DNA of 64,000 nucleotides from the human T2T-CHM13v2.0 reference genome, Homo sapiens, in NCBI RefSeq assembly GCF_009914755.1, contig NC_060925.1. One strand, given 5' to 3'. The notes below the pieces were generated by a model, which was given only the letters and a program-made list of their open reading frames with translations, did not search any database and was not told where the DNA came from. Shown here one piece after another: positions 52,614 to 64,000 of this stretch. The position numbers were made by a program, and so were the translations under genes. How positions within the stretch are numbered: position 1 is the stretch's first letter; each line of letters opens with the position of its first letter.

Positions 52614-54189
52614 CCAAAAAACCTAAAATTTTTAGGAATATAAAGGAGATAAGACATTCTTATTCTTCTAGCTGAGCTGGAAGGGGAGAAGGAAGGGAAA
52701 GCATGTCACAGAGCAGGGATCATTTTACTCTTAATGGTGTAAATGGTGAATTATAGAGATTATAATTTGTGTGCATATTTTTTTCCTGATTAAGAATATT
52801 CTTCCTCTAAGAATGTTAGCAGGTGGAGGAAGAGGGGGCATTGTGTAGGGATGGCAAGTAGTATGAGCTGTAGGTCAGGACTATTCTGTAAGCTTGACTG
52901 TTCTGCAAGAAAGAGAAAATGGAAATATATAGGCAGTGAGAATTTCCTGACTATGGCAGTGGGTAGATGGTTGGGTCCTGACATGACTTCTCTGTCAGCC
53001 TAGCAGTAAGAAGGGCAGGGAGTCCAAGTCCTGAGTCCTTGAATCTGGCTAAATCCTCACCTAGTGTGAGCTACACTGACCACCAGATTTCAGGCAAGCC
53101 ACTCTGAACAATTTATTAATAGATTCTCATAGAGGGGTTAGGGAGTGTCCACTCAAGTGTAGTCTATATCCTTTCTGCAGCTTTTTACTGGTTTAGTAGA
53201 AAGCAAAAATGAAAACTATTTTACACAAATCCAGTCTTTGAAACTACACCAGATGTTGTGATCTGGCTAGTCCACAGGCATGTAAATTCAGAGGTACTGA
53301 TGTGACTTTCCAGATTTTTAGCTCACGTGGAGGATTGTTGGTTCTCTGGAAATGAGGACAGCAGTTTGCTGGTTTCTGAGAATTGCCGAGATTGGAAATT
53401 CTCTTGAGGAAAGCACCTGTGAGCTAGCGGGATCACAGATAAAGGAGTAGCATCATAGAACACTAAGAACCATGCCTTTAATTGCCATGCTGAAGGGTCC
53501 TCATGATTGAGTTTGGCACTGAGCAAGTGGGTACTACTGATGGGTCATCTCTATTCAAACTGCCAGTATGAGCTCAGGGAGGAAGCCATACAACACATAG
53601 CCAGGGTGGAATGGAAATGTCTTCATTCTCTGGCAACCTCGTAATTCTGAGAATTCTGTACAATACAGTCTGAGACCAGAAAATCCCAGAATGAGTGATA
53701 TTAGAATTCTTGCCAATATTGATAAGCGAGTGCTTAGAGCCAGATTTTTCATGTACTCTGGCGTTGTAGATACCTGTTACACAAGCCAGCCGCAGGGATC
53801 CAAGGCATTTCTTGAAGCTGGAAAAAGACAGTCCAAATGTTTTCTTAGAAGGGTAATTAGTGCTAAAATTAGCCCAGTTTATTCCAACATCAGAAGAATT
53901 GGGAGATGCATTGAGGCCAAATGGCTGCAAGTTATAGGAAACAAAGAAGAAAAGAAAAATCAAAGTGAAGTTTAGCAGTAATTAGTTAATACAGTAGTTT
54001 AAGATAGGAAAGTATTTAATTTGGCTAAGGTGTTTGTATTGTGAATTAATTGCTAAACTGAGACTTACAATTAAAATATATTCTACAATATTTTAATAAA
54101 ATGTAACTTCCTGTCTGAAAACTCTTTATTTCCCATCACTTTCAGGATAAAGATAATAGTCTCCTAAGAGATCTCTTTTGCCATACCAA

Positions 54190-54801
54190 CCCTCCCGCTT
54201 CCTATCTTGCACAACACAAAAGCCAGGATGATCTGTTTAAATGGGTATTAAATCATGGCACCTCTCTGCACAAAACCTGCTAGGAGTCTCTTATTTCACT
54301 CAGAATAAGAGTCTAGCAATGGTACAAGAGGTTCTACATGATTGGAGCCCACATACACACTTTCTCTGATCCCATCTTCTGTTATTCTCATCTGAATTAC
54401 GTGATTCATACCAATTGCCTTGCTGTCTTTAAACACTTCAGTTATGCTCTCACCTCAGGGCCTTTGCACTTGCTTTTCTCTCTGCCTGCTGTTCCCAAAG
54501 ATATACTCTTGATGTGCTCTATCAAATTTACTTTGGGTCGCTGCTCAAACACCACCTTATCAGTAAAGCCAACGCTTAGCACATTATGTAAATAGTAATC
54601 AAACTCCAACTCTCATGTTCTTTGTTTCCCTTGTCTATTTTATTATTCTATTCTGTTTTACCATTATTCATTATTTTCCATATTATTAACCACATCTGAC
54701 ATTCTAGAAATGTGCTTTCTTATTGTATTTTTCCTTCTGAAAGGCATTGTTTCCTGATGCTAAGTCAGTACCTAGAACAGCTCCTGGTTCATAGTAGGCC
54801 C
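54190..54801 (+). mobile_element. L2a-like 3' region; tail resumes after the MST at ~55530-55555
   Basis: CACCTCAGGGCCTTTGCACTTGCTTTTCTCTCTGCCTG..CCTAGAACAGCTCCTGGTTCATAGTAGGCCC | AGCCCTCAATGGGCATTTG. Confidence 0.75.
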
Positions 54802-55529
54802 TTTTCTTAGTCCATTTACACTGCTATAACAGAATATCACTGTATTAGTCCGTTTTCATGCTGCTGATAAAGACATACCCGAGACTGGGTAATTTATAAA
54901 GTAAGAGAAGTTTAATGGACTCACAGTTCCATGTGGCTAGGGAGGCCTCACAATCATGGCAGAAGGTGAAAAGGCACATCTTACATGGTGGCAGGCAAGA
55001 GAGAATGAGAGCCAAGCAAAAAGGGAAACCTCCTGTAAAACCATCAGATCTCATGAGACTTAGTCACTACCATGAGAACAGTATGGAGAAAAACATCCCC
55101 ATGATTCTATTATCTCCCACCAGGTCCCTCCCACAACACATGGGAATTATGGGAGCTACAATTCAAGATGAGATTTGGGTGGGACACAGCCAAACCATGT
55201 CAACCACAGACTGGGTAATTTTTTAAAAACAGAAATGTGCCCTCACAGTTGTGGAGGCTGGGAAGTCTAAGATCAAGGTGCTAGTGGAGTAGAACCTGAT
55301 TTCACTGCTTCCAAGATGGTGCTTCAATGCTGCAGCCTCCTCACATGGCAGAAAGCAGAAGGGTCAAGAGACGGCCAAACTTGCCCTCTTATAACCACAT
55401 CAATCCCACCCATGATGGTGGAACCTTCATGGTCTAATCACCTCTCAAAGGTCCCACCTCTTTATATTCTTACAATGCCAATTAAATCTCAACATGCATT
55501 TGGGAGGGGACAAAACTCCAAACCATACA
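54802..55529 (-). mobile_element. MST-like (MSTC/D) MaLR solo LTR, split by THE1B
   Basis: TCTTAGTCCATTTACACTGCTATAACAGAATATCAC | AGACTGGGTAATT..GGAGGCTGGGAAGTCTAAGATCAAGGTG..CTAATCACCTCTCAAAGGTCCCACCTC..CAAACCATACA; TSD GGCCC/AGCCC. Confidence 0.82.
54841..55202 (-). mobile_element. THE1B solo LTR nested in the MST LTR
   Basis: TGTATTAGTCCGTTTTCATGCTGCTGATAAAGACATACCCGAGACTGGG..GGGACACAGCCAAACCATGTCA; TSD ATCAC/ACCAC. Confidence 0.93.
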
Positions 55530-55649
55530 AGCCCTCAATGGGCATTTGCTAAGAGCATAAACACAATCCACAGTGAGATCAGCTATGTTAACACATGCAC
55601 AGGTTGCTGTTTAAACCTCCATTCTCTCCTTACAGTTTCAGTATTAGCT

Positions 55650-56035
55650 ACTTCTGGTTTCCTTTAAGTTCGTGGAACACAAAATTCTCCTTTTGACCTC
55701 AGGATTTCTGTCCATTCTTTTCTCTATGCATGGAAGCCCTTCCTCAGTTTCTTTCCTGATGGGTCCCTATGTATCCTTTAGAGTTAAGCTAAAATGTTAA
55801 TTTGTCAAAGAATCTTTTCCTGGCCAGCTCCACTATATTCAATAAAACATCTTGATTGTGTTCTTCACAGTTCATAACATGTCTGCAGTTCTCAGTAATG
55901 GGTTATCTTTGGTATTTATTGTCTTAGCTTTTTCTACAAAACCACAAATTCTGTAAGGGATTTCCTTGTTCACCAATGTATCCCCAAAGACTAGCAAATG
56001 GCTGGCACATAGGGCATGGGAAAAATTATTAAATA
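55650..56035 (+). mobile_element. L2 fragment
   Basis: GACCTCAGGATTTCTG..TGGAAGCCCTTCC..TTGTTCACCAATGTATCCCCAAAGACTAGCAAATGGCTGGCACATAG. Confidence 0.6.
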
Positions 56036-57389
56036 GATTACCAAAGAGAGGGTGTTTTGATAGACAAAAATTAAAATGAGTAAGTTTCTACATTGGGTTC
56101 TAATCATACATACTTGGTTAAAGTGGAGTTGGTTGTTTCTCACAATCTTAACTATGGGAATGACCAGGTAGTGTCATTTCTGACATATTGGTAGCCAGAT
56201 TTCTAAAATATACACATCCCATAGGAAAAGACTCAACTTTCATAAACAACAACAAATATTGGCTTTATCTGTTAGGGAAGCATGAAGATTATTTTAATTC
56301 TAGAGATTCTTTACTATATCTATAGAAATACTTCAGAATTATTTAGGTTAAAACAGAAGAAAACATTCATTTGGGTGGAAATTCTAAAAACAGTTGCCAA
56401 ATGCTGGTGGCTGACCCCAAGATTCCTTGCTGAGTGGTATTACCTTAATGAAATTTCTACGGTGCTTGGTCTTACGGGTACAAAAATAGAATTTTATGAG
56501 CAAACATAGAAATAATTAGACATTTAGAGAAAAACTTATTATAAAAACTAGATTTACTTTATACTGATAGGTGGACAAGAAAGCCAAGTTATTAATTTAT
56601 AAAAAGGGAATATTCATTCTAGTGACAAAGGTGCTTATATCTCCTGTTGATGGCCACAGTTTTTCTCCGTATGTAAGTATTTAGTAAGATGAACTATTAA
56701 ATCAGAGGCCTGCTCAGTAATTGCAGGATGAGAACAGAGTGGTTGAAAGCCTTGAGGATGGTTCATCAGACCTTACGAGTCCTCGTGGTCAGGATGCTCA
56801 CAACCTCCTGGTCTCTCCTCTTGTCTCCTAGATTGTGCAGGGAGTTGCATCCTCTGAAGCCAGTTTGCTACGAGGCTGCTCCCTTTGCATAATGTATGCT
56901 GACTGTAGATGTGTCAATTTCACTAATTAAGTGTTATTCTAGTATGTTCCCATGGAACTAGAAAACATTTTGCTAAGTGTTGTTTTCAAGTCATTTAATT
57001 CTCACAGGGCAACCTCATTTCCCTTTTCTCTAAGTACTTAGGGAGTCCTCATTGCTCAACCCTATGGGCTTGGAACTACATAGAAATAAATTACCCTTAC
57101 CCCTCCTAAGGCAATGGAGATGTCTACAACTCACTAGATATTACAGGAATATTTCTAAAAGTTCCATATTAACATTTTCCTACTATAATGGGAGAAACCA
57201 CTCAAAAGCTTCCTATTCATTCTAAACAATGGCTGGTGCAGAATCCAGGTTACAGCCAGGAGGGCAAAGGTATTGACTAGAGCCAAGAGCACATGTGGAC
57301 TTTGTGGACACATTCAGTTTCTCCTATACAAAAGGGATTCTTCTCATTGTTCCCTTGGGAGGGAAAATAATGAGGTGGTGAAACACGAA

Positions 57390-57423
57390 TGTGTGTATGT
57401 GTGTGTGTTTGTGTGTGTGTGTG
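57390..57423. repeat. Imperfect (TG)n microsatellite
   Basis: Read directly from the sequence. Confidence 0.85.
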
Positions 57424-58855
57424 ATCACTTCTTTTCTTATACTTGGATCACAAAGAACCATCTCCTCTTCCCACTGTCGTGTTGCCATCCTGGATGAAAA
57501 TAACCCCCTGATTCTATATTGTATACCTTCCTAGCTAAGCCGGACTAATAATAAATGTTAAGGCCTCTTTCAGTGGGTGGAGAAGGGGGATTTGATGCTC
57601 TGATAGTAAATTTTGCCAAGAAAACAGCCTTCCCATTCCTCCCAGTTTAGCTTTAGGCTATTCCTCTTTCACAAGAATGCTATCACAAATGGGCTGAGAA
57701 ACACCACACAGAGGCTCTGTCTCTGCCCTTGCAAAGGGACAGTGGCAGACTAGGGCATTTAAAGCCTTTATGTGGCGCCTCCTGAGTCACTGAATAGCTC
57801 TCAGCTGAAATTGCCAATGGATAAAAGCTCTCTCTAAAATGGCCCTTCGATGAAAAGTTTTGGAATTCTTAGGATTATAACCCTTCAGCCAAATCCCATT
57901 ATGTCCCATTTCTGCCTTTGAACTACAGGGAACTACAGAGATAAAGCCATTCTGGGAGAGAAGGGAGGGGAAGTTTGCTCGGAAGGGGAGGAGAATGACT
58001 TAGTGTCCTATCTTAGCAAAAAAAAAAAGTATTTTTTTTTAACAGAAGTTTCTATGAAATGAAAGCAACTCTCAGGGGGAAAGTTCAGATGCCGCTGTGA
58101 TTGGGAACTTGGCTGTGATGGCAGCCTCACCATGATGCAGGTGTGGAAGACCCTGTTGTCATAAAAGCTTAGGTATAAGATCAGGCAGTCCGCAATTAGA
58201 TGGTGTTAGGAGCTGTCTGTCACTGTGCCTCTCAAAATAAGCTTTAATAATTTTCCAGTTGTGGCTACATGCCTTTTACTGTCCATTTTCTCTCTATTTA
58301 CCATCTTATTAAGCATTTCCTTGTATTCTATTTTTAGAAATTCTAATAGTCATTAATTGGGTAATTGTCACATTACTGCAAAGAAATTCACTACCAGTGT
58401 CATCAAGGTGCCTGAAGAAGGAAATGGGAACATGGAGAGGTTAAGTGAATTGTCCAAATTCACTGAAGCCAGTAACCAGAGCAGAAGGGGACACATTCTT
58501 CACTTATGATTCCTTGTCTGTGGTGGACCCAGGGAATGGGTGGCCACTTTAAATTTTCACTTTGAGTGATATTGTTGTTCACATTTGTTATCCAATTTTT
58601 CCCTATTTTCCAGGAGAGTAAAGATCTTACAGAGGCTTGGAAATCATCTCCAGAACAGGTGCTTTTTCAGTGATGATATTCAGGGCAAAGCACATTTTAG
58701 AAATTACTGCTGGAAGCTACGAGTATTGCAGAAAAAAAATTCAAAAACACCTCAATGGGATTTTACCTCTCTTCCCTTCCAAAAATGCATACTTATCCCA
58801 AACCACTATCAACAAGAAAAGTACACAGAGACACTTGTGCACACATACTTGAAAA

Positions 58856-58856
<1 letters not shown>

Positions 58857-58898
<42 letters not shown>
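58857..58898. repeat. Perfect (CA)21 microsatellite
   Basis: Read directly from the sequence. Confidence 0.95.
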
Positions 58899-58900
<2 letters not shown>

Positions 58901-59481
58901 TTCCTTCATACCAGGCAACTGTTGTCTTGACTCTAGTTACACTGATTTAAAAGGATAAAGGGAAGATTCTGACATTAAGTTGAAACACCAAACTGGAGAT
59001 TTTAGACCCAACATCAGGGTTCCTAATACTTCCAATAAACACACTGTGAAGAAAACCAATCTTCCAGATTTTTTATCAGTCCCTCTTTCTTCCTTTGGAA
59101 AAAAAAAATAACATGAATTCACGGAGTTAGAAGTGGCAAATAAGGAAAAATTCTGTAAGAATTATTAAGTATTATTAGAAAATGAAATCTTTTAAATGAA
59201 TATGATATTAAGCTTTCCTACGATGCACTGTCTTTTCTGCATTTAAGACCTATTTTTAATTTAGGCATAAAGGATAGACAGGCAATTTCAATCATTTGAA
59301 GATATAGATCTTCAGTAAACCAAAGATGGTACCATCTTTAGCTGTCCAACTCTCCTGACTTATTAGTTCTCAAAATAGCTTCTGTAAAGGATTAAATAAA
59401 AAAGGTTTCAGATAAAATTTGGAATTCAACCTATTCAAGTAGGGGAAAAATAGACATTCTTTTCATGAAAATAAGTTTATT

Positions 59482-59840
<359 letters not shown>

Positions 59841-59909
59841 TCAAAATTAAACATCAGCCAAGCACATGAGCCTGGCATAGCAGGGTGGATAAGACTTAAA
59901 TTATACTAA

Positions 59910-60215
59910 GCTGCCATGTGGACATGACCTTTAAATCTAAGAACTAAAGATGAATAATGGCTAACCCAGAGGCAGAAGGGAAGAGCGGGATAAACGGTGG
60001 GAGCAGGGGCGCTATTCCTAAAGGAAGAGACAGCATGTCTGAAGATCAGGAAAGAGAAAGAATAACACAGGTCAGGAGATATTTTCAGTGTTGCTGGAAC
60101 ACTGAACATGAGTGGAAGGGTGAATAGAGAGATATAAAGCAAATTGGAAAAGGAGCAAGAAGCCAGACCAGGAAGCAATTGACAACGGTTTGACTTTAGG
60201 TTGGGCTTATTTGGG
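59910..60215 (-). mobile_element. L2 fragment, antisense
   Basis: CCTTTAAATCTAAGAACTAAAGATGAATA..ATTCCTAAAGGAAGAGACAGCATGT..CAGTGTTGCTGGAAC. Confidence 0.55.
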
Positions 60216-60845
60216 TAGGGAAGAAAGAGGGGAGTAACCTCATCTCTTTCCATCAATGTGTAAAACACTACAAGAAATCCAGAAGAATGTACAATCCATT
60301 CTTCACTTAATATTTAAGCAACATGAGCCATCATTTTCAGAGTTAACAGAATAATGGCATTTCAAAACTGGTTTCCCAGGTCAGTTCAAAATGGGACATG
60401 TTAATCTTGAGACGTGTCAGAAGCCACAAATTACAAATACAGACACAAGACTCCTTGGACCATCACTATTGTATTATCTTCCCCTTCCACACAAACTTTG
60501 TCCTAGTACTGTAACAGTCCAGCCCCTGCCAAGGCACTGAATCCCAAAGTATGAGGTCTCAATATGAATCATTAATCTTTATCTGCTTAGCCTGTGGCTT
60601 TGCAGGGTCTTTACTCAAAGGGGCCCTTGCCTCTCCTTTAGTAAAATGCTCTTGGTCCGAGAAATGATTTGAGGGTAAAAGCTGGGCGAACGATTGTCCT
60701 TTTCCACTATAGCAGTTAACATAAGATTTCTTCTCACTTTTTGTCATATTTTTGGTTACAAAAGTCAAATGATATCTTTGTTGATGGTCCAGGTATCTCA
60801 GCTCTGAAAACACCAGTCTCTTGTCGTTGCCACAGTTGCCCCCAT

Positions 60846-61016
60846 CAGGGTGGGCTTCATGGTGTACACCTTGTGCAATTAAACAGGGCCCTGTGCTCAG
60901 AAGTGTCCCATGCTTGGTTTCTCTCTCTGATGTTGTTGTCTTAAATTTTTAGTAATTTTTAATGTGCCTGCATTTTCATTTTGCACTGAGCACTGACAAT
61001 TATGTAGCCAATCCTA
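60846..61016 (+). mobile_element. MER91A-like hAT MITE, full length
   Basis: CAGGGTGGGCTTCATGG..CAGGGCCCTGTGCTCAGAAG..GCATTTTCATTTTGCACTG..AATTATGTAGCCAATCCTA. Confidence 0.8.
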
Positions 61017-62419
61017 CCCCATGTTTCAAAGCCCACAGAATGCAGCCTTGCTTCCCTCTAACTTATACCCACCATGCCTTTGATGGTTAAGTGCTATTAC
61101 CTGGTCTCTTCTGTTCCACAATCCTGTTAGCTGCATTGACTGTAGGGACCCCAGAGCAGTATCTCTTAGTTTACTCTAGCTTGTATAAGACAGCCAGCAC
61201 TGAGCTCCTTAGCCATGTCGATGTCCCTTCCCTTGCATAATTCCTATTGCTTTAATGAAAGGAGTGTTCTGTAAACCTTCCGCAGAAACATAATTAGCCA
61301 GTGGTTCTCAGGTCTAATGCAGTAAATCCATTCTTGCATATTGCGTCTTTCAGAGCCTTCTAACTCCTTCCTCAATACTCTGCAAAGGTAACCAGGCACA
61401 TCTGCTTCTTTTATTAGAGGCCATCATTTTTTTCCAAGCTTCAAGGTGCCATCCAAGCAGCATATTAGAACAAGCTCCAGGTGTCCTTGCCAGTCTGAGC
61501 CACAGAAAAATGTCCCCGTGTCAATATATCTCCCTCATCCAGCCTTGTATTCAACCCCCACACCCAGTCCAGAACTCTCAAGATCCATGGTGAGGCATAT
61601 TAACCAGTGCCATTGCTCGGTCCTTTAACCCTTTTAATACATTAAGTCCTTTCTTCCCATAACACAGATGGTACTTCCCCAATGGGGCTCTGCTGAGACT
61701 TATCTTTAGTTATTGGTCCAAAGGCCAATCTGTGAGTCACAGATCGGGAGGAAGTTGAGCATCATCTATTCAGGTAAACCACCTCAACTGCAGCCTAAGC
61801 ATGGCCTCCAGGTAAGGGGAAGCTGCTCTCCTCTAGCAAGTGGGGCACATATTGTTTGGGGCACAGAAAAAAGGGCTCGTAAAAATCTAGAGGCTCAAGT
61901 GCATTCACTCAGATGTCCTCATTGGAGTTCTCAGGAAGCTTGCGGGAGCTGTGAGTTCATGTTTTTTGTTGTTGTTGTTTTTGTTTGTTTTTTTTTAAAT
62001 TTTACTACTCTCAGAAACAAATCCTGGTAGTGATTTTTCAGAACTATCTCTCCACTAACTATAGGAATGTGGGTCTCTTTAAATGTAGCCATATGTTTTT
62101 GGCTTTCATAGTATACTGTAGGCTGATAGCTGGCTTACCCAAACCTGTTGTTTACTTCCTTCGGAGGTTTGATGGCAAAAACACCCCCTTCACAGCTTTA
62201 AAAATGCTATTTCTGAAATGATTAAAACAAGACATTTCCTTCTATCTGTATCTCATCTACCACAGGTGAGAGTCTTAATAATTCTCAGTAATCACATGCC
62301 AGACATCGTCACCACCCCATTCATGAATGCAATAACATCCTTGTTCCATATGGCCAGCAAAACATTCAATTCCAGAATCACATTATAAGAATCTGCTTTC
62401 TAGGACTACTTTCAGTATC

Positions 62420-62710
62420 AGCAGTCTTGATTTTATCTTTCAGAAGCAGACCCTTAGACTAGGAGTCAGGTTGAAGTAGTTTATTTCTGAGGGCAATACC
62501 AGGAAACACTATAGAGGTGTGGATAAGTGCCTACAGCCAGTTAAAGGTGTGTTATCGCAGTGGTGAGCTAAATCCCACCATGCAGGACCAGGAGACAGTA
62601 TGGGACCTGTGTCTTGGGAGTTTCCCCACCTGAAGCTGGAGCAAACAGAAATATTCATCCACTCCCTCCATGCCCATTAGTCATTGATTAAGTGCCGCTC
62701 CCAGGGAGCT
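62420..62710 (-). mobile_element. LTR33/LTR16-like ERVL LTR fragment
   Basis: CAGAAGCAGACCCTTAGAC..AAGTAGTTTATTT..CCAGGAAACAC..TAAAGGTGTGTTATC..AGTCATTGATTAAG..GCTCCCAGGG. Confidence 0.7.
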
Positions 62711-63257
62711 CTGTCCTACTGAAGTGAAAACCAGGAATGGATTATGCTTGGCAATCCCAATAGCACTCCACACAAGCAATTGTAATGCAGCCCACAGAAC
62801 AAAGGGGTCAGAAGTGGAAGGACCAGGCTTATCTCTTAAAATTATTACTTCTTACTGACCTATTTTACTTTAAATATTTAACGTTTTTGAGTCTAGGGTT
62901 TTTTCCTTGAAAAATAGAGAGACCATTATTTTATGGGATTAATATGAAAACATATACATAAATTCTTTGTGCATTATAAAGCTTTATATCATGAGACTCT
63001 CAACATCTATTGGTAAAATGATCATATTAATGGCATTTTGTAATTGGAGAGTTTATCTTGAAACCCCTGTGAACTTTGAGAGACTGAACTGAAGGGCACA
63101 AAATATTCTATTCACCGAGAGATAGCTTACTAGGATTTTATCACATTTAGTTTTAACTCATCAAACTAATTATAAACATTTATGTTTTTATTTGTTTAAA
63201 AAATCTCAAATATTTTAGTATGCACATGAAGTACATATGAGTTGATTAATATCTAAT

Positions 63258-63368
63258 TTCATTTGTTCAACAAATATTTGTTGACTTGTGCTACGTGCTT
63301 GGCACCAAGATAGGCCCAGAAATAAAGCAGTGAATAAGACACAAAAGACCTTTGTCTCATAGAAAATT
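63258..63368 (-). mobile_element. L2 3' end, antisense
   Basis: TTCATTTGTTCAACAAATATTTGTTG..GTGCTTGGCACC..AGCAGTGAATAAGACAC. Confidence 0.7.
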
Positions 63369-64000
63369 TGTGTGTGTGCATGTGTGTGTACACATACATC
63401 TGTTTGATGTTGATTCAGACTATGGAATTCTAAAATGTTACATTGCACCATTTTTACTTAGAACATTCAAATGGGGTGACAAAGATTTATCCATCTTAAT
63501 TATACTATTTTCAAGGAAAAATTTAAAACCTAAAACAGGGAAATACTACAGTTATAATTTTAGTCTATCAGCAAGTGGTTTGGGGAAAAAATGAACAAGA
63601 TAGACAAAGGAGACTGAGCAAGCTGAGTGATGAATGAGATGATATTAAAGTTTCTGGCAGAGAACATAGGTCATATTAAACACAGAAAGGGGAGATTCAT
63701 CTGGGTACATAAAACTGTGGCATCTCCATTCAGAGGAACTACTCCCTGCATTTGTTCTATTATAAAGCTATTAACTTCTATGAAAATAAAAATTAAATTT
63801 GCAAGCTGGAAGATGCTTATGGAATTAATTATGATGATATGTGAAAAGAAAAGAGGAGGTGCTTCCTTTGGGCTCTGGGTATATTAAAGAAAATGAATAG
63901 AATGGAAGGAATATCTCCATTTGGGGTTTGTAAAAGACTTTCCAGGAGGAAATATTCAGATATTTTAGGGATTGAGTAAGGTTGGTTTTACACATAAGTT

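Noticed and set aside
58585-58958. 121-aa ORF with a THTHTH repeat
   Set aside because: Comes from the (CA)21 microsatellite; non-ATG start and no homology recognised

Overview
Primate (probably human or other hominoid) nuclear DNA, AT-rich and intergenic or deep-intronic. I can support no intact protein-coding gene, tRNA, rRNA or CRISPR array, and I could not identify the locus. Most annotatable sequence is transposable-element fossil: Alu (J, S and monomer), MIR, L2, old L1, MaLR LTRs (THE1, MST, MLT1), ERV solo LTRs (MER21, MER50, MER39, LTR33) and DNA-transposon MITEs (MER20, MER8, MER58, MER47, MER5, three MER91). Two large structures stand out. The first is a nearly full-length ~2.6 kb Tigger4/Zombi element with a decayed Jerky-like pogo transposase, inserted into a MIR (24582-27200). 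The second is a two-LTR MER66-family ERV1 provirus (31925-39339) with gag, integrase-tail and env-tail remnants. Its 5' LTR is split by an antisense LTR12C solo LTR and keeps a near-perfect CTCF motif that has decayed in the 3' LTR. That CTCF/MER66/LTR12C composite is the best candidate for an interesting regulatory unit. I found no evidence of a genuinely new biological system. Family and subfamily names come from recall of consensus sequences, not a database search.
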